Origin: Paragordius varius
Lineage: Eukaryota; Animalia; Nematomorpha
Assembly: GCA_964247055.1 (NCBI GenBank)
Contig: OZ176052.1
Location: 9,796,001 to 9,860,000 of the forward strand
DNA: 64,000 bases
Reading direction: 5' to 3'
The notes beneath the pieces are model-generated. The model saw only the letters and a program-made list of their open reading frames with translations. It made no database searches and was not told the DNA's origin. Shown here piece by piece: positions 26,201-38,951 of this stretch. Position 1 is the first letter of the stretch; the number at the start of each line of letters is the position of its first letter. Both the position numbers and the translations under genes were made by a program.

Positions 26201-28935
26201 AATAAAACCGTTTACCATATATTAATATGATATAGCTAATATTCTTGAAAATCTTTCTAGGACCCTCCGAAAAAATGTAAAATCTGATTATATTTTGCGT
26301 TTAGAATTCTTATGCTATAATATACAAATAAAATTTAGTTGACACGTTTTCTTCTATTATATTTAGTTTAAATTGATCTGATATGCGAAAAAAATGCGAT
26401 TTTTATCATTGCTAACAACCGAAATATTTTAAATGACTTTTTTATGCTATTTTAACCGCGTATATCATTTTGATGATTTATTATTCTGAAGCTTTTAGCT
26501 ATTGAATGATATGTGATTTATTGATTATTTTTTGCTGGGCATAGTGATATATAATCAAACTTAATGGCTGACTTTTATATTATTAAATAAATAATTTTTT
26601 TCATCATATATAACATAATTTAGATGAAAAAACTCCATTATCCCCTCCCACAACTTTGGCACAACAAAACAAATCGGATGGGCATGTAACAAAGGGCGAA
26701 AAAAAACCCGTGAAAGAAAAAATTAATTATGATGACCACATTTATGATCGGAATGCTCCCCTAACCGCTGGGAATGATAAAGCTGCCGTTTCTAAACTTT
26801 TTGCCTTCCTACAAATTTTGACAGGGTCTTTCGGCGCTTTTGCACATGGGGGGAATGATGTTAGGTTTAGTTAATTACGACATACCTTTTTTTTTAAATT
26901 GCTGTTTTTATTTTCACTACATTGTTTCGGCATTTTTGGATAGTAGTTATATTTATTCATAGTGGATGTCAAAAAAGGTAAAGTTATAAAAATTGATGTG
27001 TGATTGATTCCAAATAGATATTTATTATTATTATTATTATTCGTTTAATGAAGGAAAACATGCTTAATATTATATATACTAACCAATATCTTTTGATATT
27101 TGGACGATACAGGGCTTGGAACCGATTTAAAAAAAGTGGAACCGGAACCGCGTTGGTCCTTAAATTATCGGTTTCGGAACCGGTTCTTAACGTTTAGAAC
27201 CGGTTCCATTTTCGGTTCTTGACTTTTGATCAAATGATTTACAAAATTATTATTATAATAATAAACAAAATATTAACAATTATAAATCAAGCAATTTATT
27301 CTAAATTGTCAAATGTATAGTGAAAGAAGTGTAGCATAATAAATTAAACAAATTATAAAAATACAATAGGAAAATATAACAAAAGTATAAATTGAGAGTT
27401 ATAATTAAGCATGGCATTTAAAAAATCTTTGTAATATTGCACCAAGCAATTCGCTGGTCAAACTGCTTCTCAGGTCTGAAAATTAAATTAAGGGTGAAAA
27501 AAACTCCTTTCAACGGGGACCTATATATACGTACATATGTAATATAAATAAACTTGACTTATCGAAGTTTTTTTAGAAGAGCCGAATCGCAAAATTCAGA
27601 GAGTATCGCCAATATAATATTAGGCGCTTAGTTTTAGGTTTAAAGTTTGAAGTATGGAATATGTAGTGGTACAATCAAATTAAAATAATAAAATATAATT
27701 ATTATAATAAAAATCATATAACAACCAGTGATTAAGGGGGTGGAACCGGAACCGCTTTGGTTCCATTCGAATGAAACCGGTTCTTGTTAAAATCCCAGGC
27801 GGGTTCCGGTTCCAAGCCCTGGTTAAATATTAATTTTTTATGCTTTTGCAAATAGATTTTTACCTTACAAAAGCATTTAATACAAATATTATTTATGTAG
27901 ATTCGCTTAAACAATGTACTTAACTAAAATATAATTTAAAGCTTAACTTTTTTATGTTTACATAAAGTAATTCGATCGGACCCCTTATCGCGTTATGGGA
28001 GGTTAGTAAATCAGGAAATGTCTTTCAAAGAGGTGATACACCCCTCTGGATTTTGTTTTATGGGGGGATGGGTATTTCCCTTGGCCTTTGGCTATTTGGA
28101 AAGCGTGTTATGGAAACTATGGGACGTGATTTAACTACCATTACGCCTGTTAGGTACACAACATATTTATGAAAAAATATTTATTCTTTTTTTTGCGAAT
28201 TCGAAAGAATTTTTTTGGATAATATGTTTTTTAGAAAGCAACGTTTTATTGTCCTTTTTTGCTTTTGTTATAAGTTATTAAACACTAAAACGAGGTATTG
28301 AGTTACAAGAAAATTAGCGATACCTTTTTTATGTTGTTCTTTTGTGTCAAATTAGTATAAGAAATGTTTGATCGTTTCTGGGATGGAAGAGTAATTAAAA
28401 ATATTTTTACTTATTTTAATTAAAGTGGGTTCACGATTGAAATTGGAGCAGCAATGACTGTTTTATTAGCATCTAATCTTGGTATCCCCATATCAACCAC
28501 ACATTGTAAGGTTGGATCCATCGTTTTTGTTGGATATCTCCGTGCCAAACGATCAGTTGATTGGAAACTTTTTGGTTTGCACCTTTTAAAAAGATGATAA
28601 TTAATTTTTTTTCTATAAATTTTGGATATAAAACGAATAAAGTAATATAAGTCTTTTTTGTGAATACAACCACGTTTTCAAACGTAACTTATTGTTTTAG
28701 ATTGCATAATAAGGGAAAGGAGATGTAAATTGTTAACACGCGTACATCCAACATTATCTCAATTTGTAATCATTTAATTATGATCTTCTTTATAAAATAA
28801 TTGGTCTTTTACAATATTTATTTTTTAATATTATACATAGGTAACATTGTTGCGGCATGGATTGTGACGGTGCCAGCTAGTATGGCTTTATCCGCGGCTT
28901 TTATCGCAGCAATTAGACATTTTGTTCGCCCCTGA
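17225..28935 (+). CDS. SLC20A: Sodium-dependent phosphate transporter, SLC20/PiT family, 812 aa, 18 exons
   Basis: Exons 17225-17402, 18657-18758, 19534-19674, 20195-20280, 20356-20452, 20742-20873, 21230-21316, 21600-21722, 22149-22277, 22719-22814, 23219-23299, 23713-23862, 24403-24624, 24933-25076, 26624-26864, 27968-28153, 28426-28574, 28841-28935 join in frame (2439 nt, TGA stop). Signatures: [43 protein letters not shown]. The start could extend upstream. PiT1 vs PiT2 orthology is not resolvable. Confidence 0.96.
25368..26546. mobile_element. Long palindromic non-autonomous element with CACT...AGTG ends (CACTA-like)
   Basis: Arms ~25395-25910 and ~26020-26535 are diverged reverse complements; ATA 3-bp flanks on both sides; lies in SLC20 intron 14. 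Confidence 0.65.
27110..27821. mobile_element. hAT-like non-autonomous element with GAACCG subterminal repeats
   Basis: Perfect 15-bp TIR cagggcttggaaccg / cggttccaagccctg and clustered ggaaccg/cggttc motifs at both ends. No clear 8-bp TSD. Confidence 0.7.
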
Positions 28936-29848
28936 TGATCAAAATGGAAAAAAATCAACATGAGAAGACAGACAATATTTTATTTTTATCTTGTTATCAT
29001 TTTTTCATTTCTACGCATAACTTTGGTATTTATAAAAACATAAAAAACATGAGATTTACAGTAAAAATTGACATTATACTTACAAACGTGAAAACTATTT
29101 GGCAAATTTATTTTATAAAAAGGCAACCAAGCTTTTTAAACCTTGTTATTTTCTACTAATGACAATTTTTTTTACAAACTAAAACGAGTGTATTACCATT
29201 TTACATTTCTATTCCTTATATTACATCCTCCAAACGATAAGTTATGTTTACAAATCACGGTTTAAAAATACGTTTGTTTTTCTAAAAAAATATTTGTCTT
29301 TTAATTTTTACATTTTTTGTGTAGTAATTCAATTTTTACAGTAAGTTTTACAGCGCAATATTATAAAATATAACCCGGTGCTCATCTACTATTCTCTAGT
29401 TAATAATGGCTACTCTTCCGCGTTTTCTACTATGCAAATAATTTCTATCTCGTACCCCTTTTTGGTTTAATTGTATGTGACATAAATTTATCCATCCATC
29501 TTTTTTCTTTCTTAGTTATTAACGACAAATATTATTTCATTAAACGCGACTTTTACATACGGAATAGTGCGTGCGCAAGTTTAATGTATTATTGAAACGA
29601 TTGAAGATATTTAATTTTTTTACATCCATATAATAAGGTTTATCAAACTACATTATTACTACTATACATATATACACACGAATAAATTGTAAATATATAT
29701 TCTGATTGATAAATAATAATATTTTTTACTACTGTTGTCGATTATTAACGTGTTAACTTTTGTACCAAATAAAGGGGCAATTTTTATTAAAGTTTTTAGT
29801 ACATGTTTCGATTTATGGTGGGTTAATTTTTGTTTTTTTTGAAAAAAA

Positions 29849-31628
29849 ATGTTGTACCAACCTATACCTACCTTATTATATTTAATTATCCAATCCCTGT
29901 ACTTGTCTCTCGTTTATTCTGATTCGGAGTGTAGTAAAATTTAAACTAATATCTATCAAGATTTATAAATTTTAATTTTTAGTTCAAATTAAAATTTTAT
30001 CAGGGGTTACTTTAGTACGATTGATTTTTAATATTGTATTTCATCTTTATGTACTTTAATGTGATGGATTATTAGTATACGTGATACCCCTGTTTTTATT
30101 ATGTTATTGTATATTTGAACTTTCTTTTTTTTTCAATATAGATCAGACCAAATTTTTAGAATATTTGGAAAATCCATCTCTACCAAATGTTACCACCAAT
30201 AATTGTAATTAATAAGTTATAATGATTGATTAATATAAAGTATAAACCTAATTTACTATATAAAATATAATTGTGGGGTGGATTGTCTTTTATTTTATTT
30301 TAAAATTGGAACCAAACGATTTCTTTATGATACACTATTTTGTCCTAATTTTAAGACTCTCTTCTGGTTGAGCCTAAGTTTTTTTAGAGAAAAGGAAGGA
30401 TTTACTATCCAAAATTCTCTTTTAAATTACCCCTTTTTTGTTAAATTGTGTTATGACTCTGTCTACTTAATTTCATTTATTCCCTTTTTTTAACCGAAAA
30501 TTCTTGTAACTTTAGTCTCGTTTTCTCATACCATCTCATTCTGTTTATAACTTTACCAAAAAGATCTAATCTCAACAATGCTTCCGTGTTTCATAATAAC
30601 TTAATCCGAGTAGATGTGATGATTTATTAATTAATTTGGTTTAAAAGTCATAGAAAAAACTATTGTTAACATAAAATAATATATCAATAATTGGTATATA
30701 ATTTACAATAATAATCAAATTAACATTTAATACCAAAGTAATAACAATTTTGAGAGTGAATTTGTTTAAGTCCCGATTTTGAGAAAGTTTTTGATTTAAC
30801 TAGGGAAAATTTAAAATAATTAACTATGATTGCATTAAATGGTATTTAGCCATTATCACAAAAATTTTGGACACGTATAGGATAAATATTTATTCTGTTC
30901 CTTGTAAACTTTATCATTAACAATTCATTTCAATTTTCTGGACGCGATGACATTTTGGGGTGGTTTTCTACACCACATCTTATAGCAGTAAACAAAATAC
31001 TGTTGTGAGTTTGGTTTAATAATTATCAAACCCTTTTACCCTGTATTAGATAAAAAAACTTGGCTTGAAATTTGGCCCAATGCTAAAAATATTTTTTAAG
31101 ATATATAAATTTTATAAGTGGCCGTGGGTTATAAAAATATCCCAAAAGTTCATGAGGTAGATATTAAATCCAAAAAATAAAACCTTATAAATTATAGGTG
31201 ACAATTTTGAAGGACATACCTTATCTGTCCAATACGTAGGCCGATTAAGTATAGCTTAATAATCATTTTTGTATAGAAATTAACCAAACCTTAAACTCTA
31301 CACATGCCAATATTTCTTGGTGGCGGATAGAACCTTTCCACAATATAAAATTTATGATTGTCAAATTGAAATCACCTCAAACCATAAGTTCGGTTAATAT
31401 ATAATATATTTTTTGTAATAAAATTTATCGTAAAATTTATAATAAGTGTATTGTCAAGACTATATAATTTTTTCCTTTTCGATTAAAGTTCGGTTTAATT
31501 TCATATAAGTTTCTTTTATAGCATTATTTGATGTAATTTAACAATTGATAATAATGGATATCATTCTTTTATAAATACATGAAAATATAACCGCTTGATT
31601 AATAAACTTTTGCGTTTAAGAAATTTCC

Positions 31629-31667
<39 letters not shown>

Positions 31668-34141
31668 CATTGTTCTAAAAATTGGTTACAAATGTTTAAA
31701 GCTATTCAAATCTTATGGTTGACTAAACTTCTTTTGTTACCCGGTTTAGATATTAACATATAAAAGCCAAATTGAAATCGCTAGAGAGGACAAAAACATT
31801 CTTGTTAGAATTTATGCTGTGTCAACAGAAAGTACCAATAAATCAATCAATTGCACAGAGGTTATTAGCATAAACTTATTTATCAATTTATAGGGAACCA
31901 AGAAAGGAGCGGTTTATAATTTAAAGACCCGGTTACATTTCAATTTTTTAAACCACCCATGTTTTGGCTCCAACACTTTGACGCCATTTTTAATTTTTTA
32001 GGAAAAAGTGTTTCTGTTTTAATCGTCTGGTCTGGTTCTACATCTTTCGGCCCAGAAAAGCCCTCATAAAACCTTTTAAAACATATAGGTGATAAAATAT
32101 TTTCATCTTCGATAAGATTGATAATCTTTGAAATAAAGGTTGATAATTTTATATAGCCATATATATAACTCTATAAAAATTCTGGTCATATTATTTTAAC
32201 ACTGGATATTTTAGCATGTAACAGTTATGTTCATATTTTTTAACCCAAAAAATTACTAGTACACCCTAATAAAAAAATCTAATCAGCTCGTTGTAATTTA
32301 TGACTAGTTTTATTGAGGGAATAATTCAATGTAGATATACCAATCCAAGTTTGTTTGACAACCAAAATTTTTCAACAAATTTATATTTTTATTAAAATTA
32401 TTTATTTATTTATTTATAGAATTACGCAAAATGTATTGTACTTGACATGAATTCTAGGGTGATTGTCCCACCAAAAGGTTAATTTGTATTTCCTACTTAA
32501 TTGAGTCTTTTATATGATTTGTTTGAATTATAATTTCACATGTAACCACCAGTTTTCACGATTAAGACATATTTTTATCATACCAGTATATTTTTCAATT
32601 CAACTTGTTTTAACTATTTAGTAAATCGATGCATATATCAGAAAATAACAACCCTTTAAATAATATTTTATATAGGTTTGTTTATAACTTCATAATAAGT
32701 GAATATAAGTAGCATTTTATATTTGTTAACCAAAAAGAATTTATATATTGTTGTCAATAATTAAAAAATGTTTTTCTTTTGAAAACCCATTTTTCGTTAA
32801 ATAATATTTCCTTTATATGATTACACAGTTATCGATAGAGTAATGTCACCCACTAAAACTAACCTGTCCTTAATAATCGAACGTCCACGCTTCGACAAAT
32901 ACAATGGTAGAGATCCCCCTTCAGTTTTTGTCCCTGAGTTTGTTTTTCGAAATCCCTTAAACATATCCGTTGATATAACATTGGAAAACGTTTTGACCAT
33001 TGCAAAAATGCAAAGAACAATAGTTTGTATTACAATTTATGATATTATTTGATGAGTTGCTTATGAATTGAGCAGAAAAAATGATGTTTTACTTAATCAA
33101 AATCTGTATCTCTCAAACTTTAAGACCATTAAACTAAGCATAAAAGACTAATAATTTATTATTTAAAACTTCGAGTTGAACAAAACGTTTTTGGTTTCGG
33201 TTCCGTATAATTTTTTTTTAAAAAATAGTTCTGGACAAAATGTTTCCTATTTTCAGTTTTTAATTTTTTCCACACCAAATAATTATGGTACTACTACCAG
33301 TTTCAATGCTTTTAAAAGTTTTCATTTCGTTCCATTAAAACAAATTTATGTTTGTTACTATTTTCTAAAAAAATTAGAATATTTCCCTAATTTAAAAAAT
33401 TGGAAACAAAATCAAAATATAAGGTAATATAATGTATCAAAATGTGAAATAAAAGATGATTATGTAAAAATTATTTTTTTGGAATCAATTTATCACCCCT
33501 ATACGAAACCGTTTCCAAACTTTAAAAAGCCGATTCCGGCCTAAGTTCCATAAAAACGCCTGACATTTTTCAGCTAGGTTTTGGATCTTTTATGATAGCC
33601 ACTAAGTATACTATATTAGATAATCTTTTTTCATATGCTTTTTTAGAAACCGTTATTAAACTTTACACTGTCCGAAGCAGTATGGATGGAAAAATTGGAT
33701 ATTAAAAGAAATGAAGGTCTAATAAAAATCTCTGTTTGGGATAAAACTTATTATATGCCGTTTCTATCTAATTATCCTGGTATATCTCATGATCTAATTA
33801 TACTTGCTTTTAACCTAACTTATATTATTATAAAACTTTTTACAAAACTATAGTTTTTAATCCTAAATTCTAACTTTTATTTTTTTTTAAATGTATAATA
33901 AGAAAAAAATATTAATAATTATCTACATGAATAATTATTAGTCACCGGAAATCATGCAAGGCCACAACTTCCGAAAGCTTTCAATTTGAATTTTGAAAGT
34001 TTAATTTCGGCAGGATTCGAAGCTTTAGATACGAATCCCGTAGCTCTAATTTGCAAGTCGGCATCTATTCAAGATGGAGTTTATACAATCAAAGAATGTC
34101 AAGGCTTTAAACGTCAAAATACTATAGTTTTGTTTCAATAA
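29849..34141 (+). CDS. Tentative orphan secreted protein with an FN3-like segment (partial exon model)
   Basis: Signal-peptide-like first exon 29849-29930 (MLYQPIPTLLYLIIQSLYLSLVYS-DSE). Phase-compatible exons 30142-30204, 31198-31248, 31277-31392 (LNSTHANISWW) and 31750-31860 (LVRIYAVST). Further open exon-like blocks at ~32839-33024 and 33942-34141. The junctions between 31860 and 32839 are unresolved. Confidence 0.4.
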
Positions 34142-35176
34142 TTGATTATTAAGTTTCATATTTTACAGTAGAAGGAGTATCTTAATAAACACATTTTATC
34201 TAATATTGATGGAAAAAGTCAAATAAAATAATGAGTACATTTAATTAAAAATGCAATGGGTTGTAGAATAATTCCGAGGTCACATTGGATGTCAGGATAC
34301 ATTGCAACACCTTCACTCATTTTTAAATATATTATATTGTAAGGATCGCACAGAATTTTGATTTAAAATATAAATTAGCCAGTTAGGTATTTTATATTAT
34401 TTTAATTATCAAGTAGGATTAGAGTCAGATATATCTTACTCTTTAGAAGCGTTGACATATTAGATGGTTTTAAATTATATAATTGCCCTGTATGTCAAAC
34501 TGTTAATTGCCGATAAAACAGATGCGAAACGTTTAAAAGAATTATGCGGTTAGTTACAAAAAAAATTGCTGAGTACCGCAAAGCTTTATTCATGTGGGTC
34601 AAAATAAGCACGAGAAATTATACGCATCCTAACTCATTTTATGTAAATCATTATGTTCAATAAATTTAAAGTCTTCAATATTAACAAATATTGAACGACT
34701 ATCTTTTATGGATTATCTAATGTGCAATAGCTTTCTTTTTATCGTGGAACTTTTAACATAAGTAGGGCATATAATCACAAGCTTAAAAATTAGGCATCGA
34801 TTAGCGTTTTTGCTTATTTAACCGAAAACAAAACGAACCTTTGAACTGTTTCTTATTACTTAAATTAGCAGTTAGTAATATTATTATTTTGTGGCTAAAA
34901 ATAGCCATCTCTTATTCAATCATTTAAAGCCTTCAATGTATTGATTTACTCTATACACAGTTAAACATAACTGAAATAATTGCATCCTTCGTTTTTATAA
35001 TTATACTAAGCAGGCATCCTCAAATATGGTGTAAGGATATGAGTTCGTTCGCTCTTATATAACAACACACAATAAAGATAACATTGTAACATCAACAAGG
35101 TTTTTGCTGTAAATAAAAAAATAAATTGGTTTTAATCCAAATATTTATCATATATTTTTCATTTTTATAGTAAAAA

Positions 35177-35294
35177 ATGTATTTGCTTAATTATCACCGA
35201 AATCATATTGGCTTAATAGTGTTATTTGTAATATCTTACACCTGTGTGTCATCAACTTCAAAAAGGAATGATCCTACATCCACATTTAAAAAAG
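35177..35294 (+). CDS. Probable first (signal-peptide) exon of the micro-exon gene
   Basis: ATG at 35177 encodes MYLLNYHRNHIGLIVLFVISYTCVSS-TSKRNDPTSTFKK and ends at a strong phase-1 donor (aaag|gtaaat) compatible with the phase-1 acceptor at 38616. Confidence 0.6.
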
Positions 35295-35644
35295 GTAAAT
35301 AATTATTTTCTAAAATTCCATTTATTTTATAAAATTGTGTGATATGGAAGTATTGAATAGGGAATCAGTTTTTTATAAAATCTTAAAAAATTTCTTTGAT
35401 TCTTTATCTCAAATGCCATGAAAGTGGGAACTAAATGAACACCTAATTAATTTAAAATCCTTTGAAGTGTATTTAGTCATAACTTTGGTTGATAAAAACG
35501 AAACAAAGGTGCGTAACAAATTTGGGAAACACCCAAAAGATTTATTTTCATAGAATTAGCTATCGCAAAATCCAAGCAAATACATTTGTCCGTATCTTGG
35601 GATCTCTATAAATATTATTTTGAAAATGTAAAACACTAAATTTA

Positions 35645-35854
35645 CAGTATGCATATTTATGTCGGCCATTTTACATTATTGTTGGCCAATTAGTTACACA
35701 ATAGGGTATAACCAATTTCGTCGAATAAACAAATTAAATGTTGTAAGATAGAAAAAAATTATTTAATTTACACCATTTGTTGTTTTATCCCATACGCTTC
35801 TGTATTGCTAATTCGCCAAAAAATGTGAATTGGCTCACATAAATATGCATACTG
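35645..35854. mobile_element. Tc1/mariner-type MITE
   Basis: TA|CAGTATGCATATTTATGT...ACATAAATATGCATACTG|TA terminal inverted repeats. Confidence 0.7.
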
Positions 35855-35934
35855 TATGCATTCTTAATGCACTTACGGTTTAACAAATTATGTATGCAAT
35901 CTATATTATATTTTTGTATTGTTATAATTTAAAG

Positions 35935-36210
35935 CAGGAATGTTTAACATGCGGCCCGCGGTCAGCATGCGGCCTCCAAAATATGTCTGCGGCCCACGAA
36001 AAATTTTAATTACAACATTTCACCAAATCTAAGTAAAATGGATTTCGTTAAGCAAACTTTCTGAGTCAATCTTTCCATCCAAATTTTGGCAATGATCTAG
36101 CAAATAATATTATATAGTTTTTACAATCGCTAAAAATCCAATAATATATTTGTTAATGCCCATATATTTTGCGAATGCAGTCCGTGAAGCCAGTTATTTT
36201 GGTCACCCTG
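35935..36210. mobile_element. hAT (Charlie/Buster-like) MITE (family H2)
   Basis: caggaatgtttaacatgcggcccgcgg...ggtcaccctg; 8-bp TSD atttaaag/atttatag with central TA. Confidence 0.75.
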
Positions 36211-36701
36211 ATTTATAGCCTTTTCTTCACAAAAAACATGATCCGTTCATTTTAAAAACTTCCTGCCAATACCAAATATCTTTATATATAATTAAGGATT
36301 AACCCATCTTATGTCCAAGTTAGTATTTTTTCACACTCTTCATATATGTTAAAGGTCAGATTTAATGTAATTAATAATAATGTATCTAGTAATATTGTTA
36401 CATTTCATTCATAAAGTACAGCTAATTAACTCTAAAAAACATCGGAGTTAATCACAACTGACTATATTCCTTCCAAGTCAGACGCTTTAAATCAAAATTT
36501 TATAGGCGCAGCAACGTACATCTTAAAATGTTTTTCCCCGTTTTCATAAAGCTACAAAACACCAAATAATAGGCTTCAGCCAACCCAAATAAAAAATTTA
36601 AATGCCAAGCATACTTTTTTCAAAAATTAATGTACAACACAAATGGCTTTGGGCGAGGTTTAAAAAATACGAGTATTTAAAAACAACAGGCCGCGTTTGA
36701 A

Positions 36702-36733
<32 letters not shown>

Positions 36734-36964
36734 GTATATTTTATTTAAACAATACATTGTGAAATCGAAGCTGATAAATGAATAATATTGTTATTTAAAA
36801 TAGTTTATGACATATTGTAATAAATTTTTGGAATGAAACAATTAATTTTTATTAAAAAAATTGTAATGTACACCTAATACTGCGATTTCCTAATGATGCA
36901 ATCATAAATTAGAAAATATTAAATGAGCCCCAATTTTAAAAGCAGTAGACGAATCTAATACATT

Positions 36965-37008
<44 letters not shown>

Positions 37009-37250
37009 ATTAATTGATATACTGTATGCACATTAATGCCGGTCAATTCACATTATTATTGGACAATTGGTAATACAGCATATGGGTAAAAACAACAAAT
37101 GGGAGAATTACAATTTTTTCCTATCTTACAATATTAAATTTTATTTTATGGACATAATTTGCTTTATATCATACACTACTGTATTACTACTTTCCCTACA
37201 ATAATAAGTTGACCAACATTAATGTGTACACTGTGTTGTGTGCGTGTTAA

Positions 37251-38580
37251 TATACCTTTTACAATTCAAATTCACCCTCGAACGATTCATACTCACCCTT
37301 GAACAATTCAAATTCACCCTAAAAATAAATTATGTGTTTTCGGGCTAATATAACTCATCTTTAATATGAAATATATCTTTACGGCTAGACAACAAATTTT
37401 AACTTATTTTAACTGCCATTCTTGTAAATTTAAAATTTATTTCATTAAAATACATCAATAGTATATCTGAAAAGAAAATTGGTCTAGCATTCAAGAATTT
37501 TTAAATTAAAGTTTATCGAAAATTTTTGGCCCCGATTTAACATTAAACTCGAAAAATGGAAAATTAAAAGATTTAGATATGAAGCCATGTATTTTATATC
37601 CTTCGAAAGAGCGCAAAAAACTGCATTTTTTAAAAAAGTCATTTAAATCAATCGGATGTAAAAGTTTTTTGGATTTAAATGGTCGAAATTTTCAATTCTT
37701 AAATAAGTCAAGAATTTTCACAGACAAACTAATTTGAAAATATAAATTATTTTAATATAATTATTAGGGTTATATTAGTATTTAATTAAAAAAAATGTTT
37801 GAAAAAGCTTTTGTTTGCTTTTTTAATAATTATCATAAATATTTTACCTAGTGGATACTAAAATGCATAGTTATAAATGTAAATTTATTGCATAATGGCT
37901 ATAAAAGATCAAAAATACCTTAAACTTTGTTTTTATCTTTAAAATTTCGAAATTATCAGCCTCGTAAAGAAAATAAATTATTGATGAGATGGTAATTTTT
38001 AAAAAACAAAAAACTTAAAAATAGCAGTTTTGAGTGACATAAAAGCAAATGTTTTAATCAAAAAAAAACTTTCTTGTGTTATCTTTTTTGGACATTCATC
38101 TCCATCTAAACAAAGTTTAAGCTATTTTCATCCATTAGTTTTAAAAATATAATAATTAAAAAAAATGCCCCCGCTTCGCGCGTTTGTCGCTCTTCGTGTC
38201 CAATATTAACTGTCGATGTAATACATATTAGTATGCATTTTATAGAGTGTTTAATACTCTTTCGAATGATTTATTACGAATGGGCATTACTTGTATATCA
38301 AAGAAAAACATTTTTTAGTAATTTGAGAGAGGGCACATAATCATAAAAAATCAAATTATACAAAATTCTTCCATCGAATTATAGTTTTTATTTCAGATTA
38401 GAAAATGCAAAAAACTCGAGTGGCAGAAAAATTTGTTGTCCAGTGTTATAATTAAAAATTTCATTTTTTAAAATATAAAAAATATAAATAATTTTTAAAT
38501 TTAAAAAACACATTAGGGTGAATTCGAATTGTTAGAGGGTGTTGAATTGTTAATGGATGAATTTGAATTGCAATTGTATA
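37251..38580. mobile_element. Foldback element, TATACC-end family, subrepeat type B
   Basis: Inverted arms of ~250 bp beginning with 21-bp repeats (gaacaattcaaattcaccctt-like); left arm homologous to 48060-48140; ends in a TA run. Confidence 0.7.
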
Positions 38581-38615
38581 TATATATATATATATTTATT
38601 ATCAACAATATTAAG

Positions 38616-38919
38616 GGTATGTCACAAATAATTTGAAACAATTTAATGATATCAACAAAGATACAGAGGAAGAAGTACAATCAAATTTAAAATCAAGTAA
38701 TATTATAGTAAACATTTATTTATTTTGCTAATATCCAAACAAAGAGAATATATTAACATAGATTACAGTTAAATAAAATATAGGAAATTTTAAACATTTT
38801 TTCATTTATGTTTTAGTCAGATTGAATCCTATAAACAAGCAAACTCCAAAATTTTCACCAGCCAATTCGACCATTTCCAGTGCAAAGAAAAAATCCAAAT
38901 CTCCCAGGCCAGGTATATT

Positions 38920-38951
<32 letters not shown>

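Noticed and set aside
31960-33020. Minus-strand open frames with splice-like signals (32170-31963, 33000-32865)
   Set aside because: Their phases do not join, no start or family is recognisable, and plus-strand readings fit at least as well.
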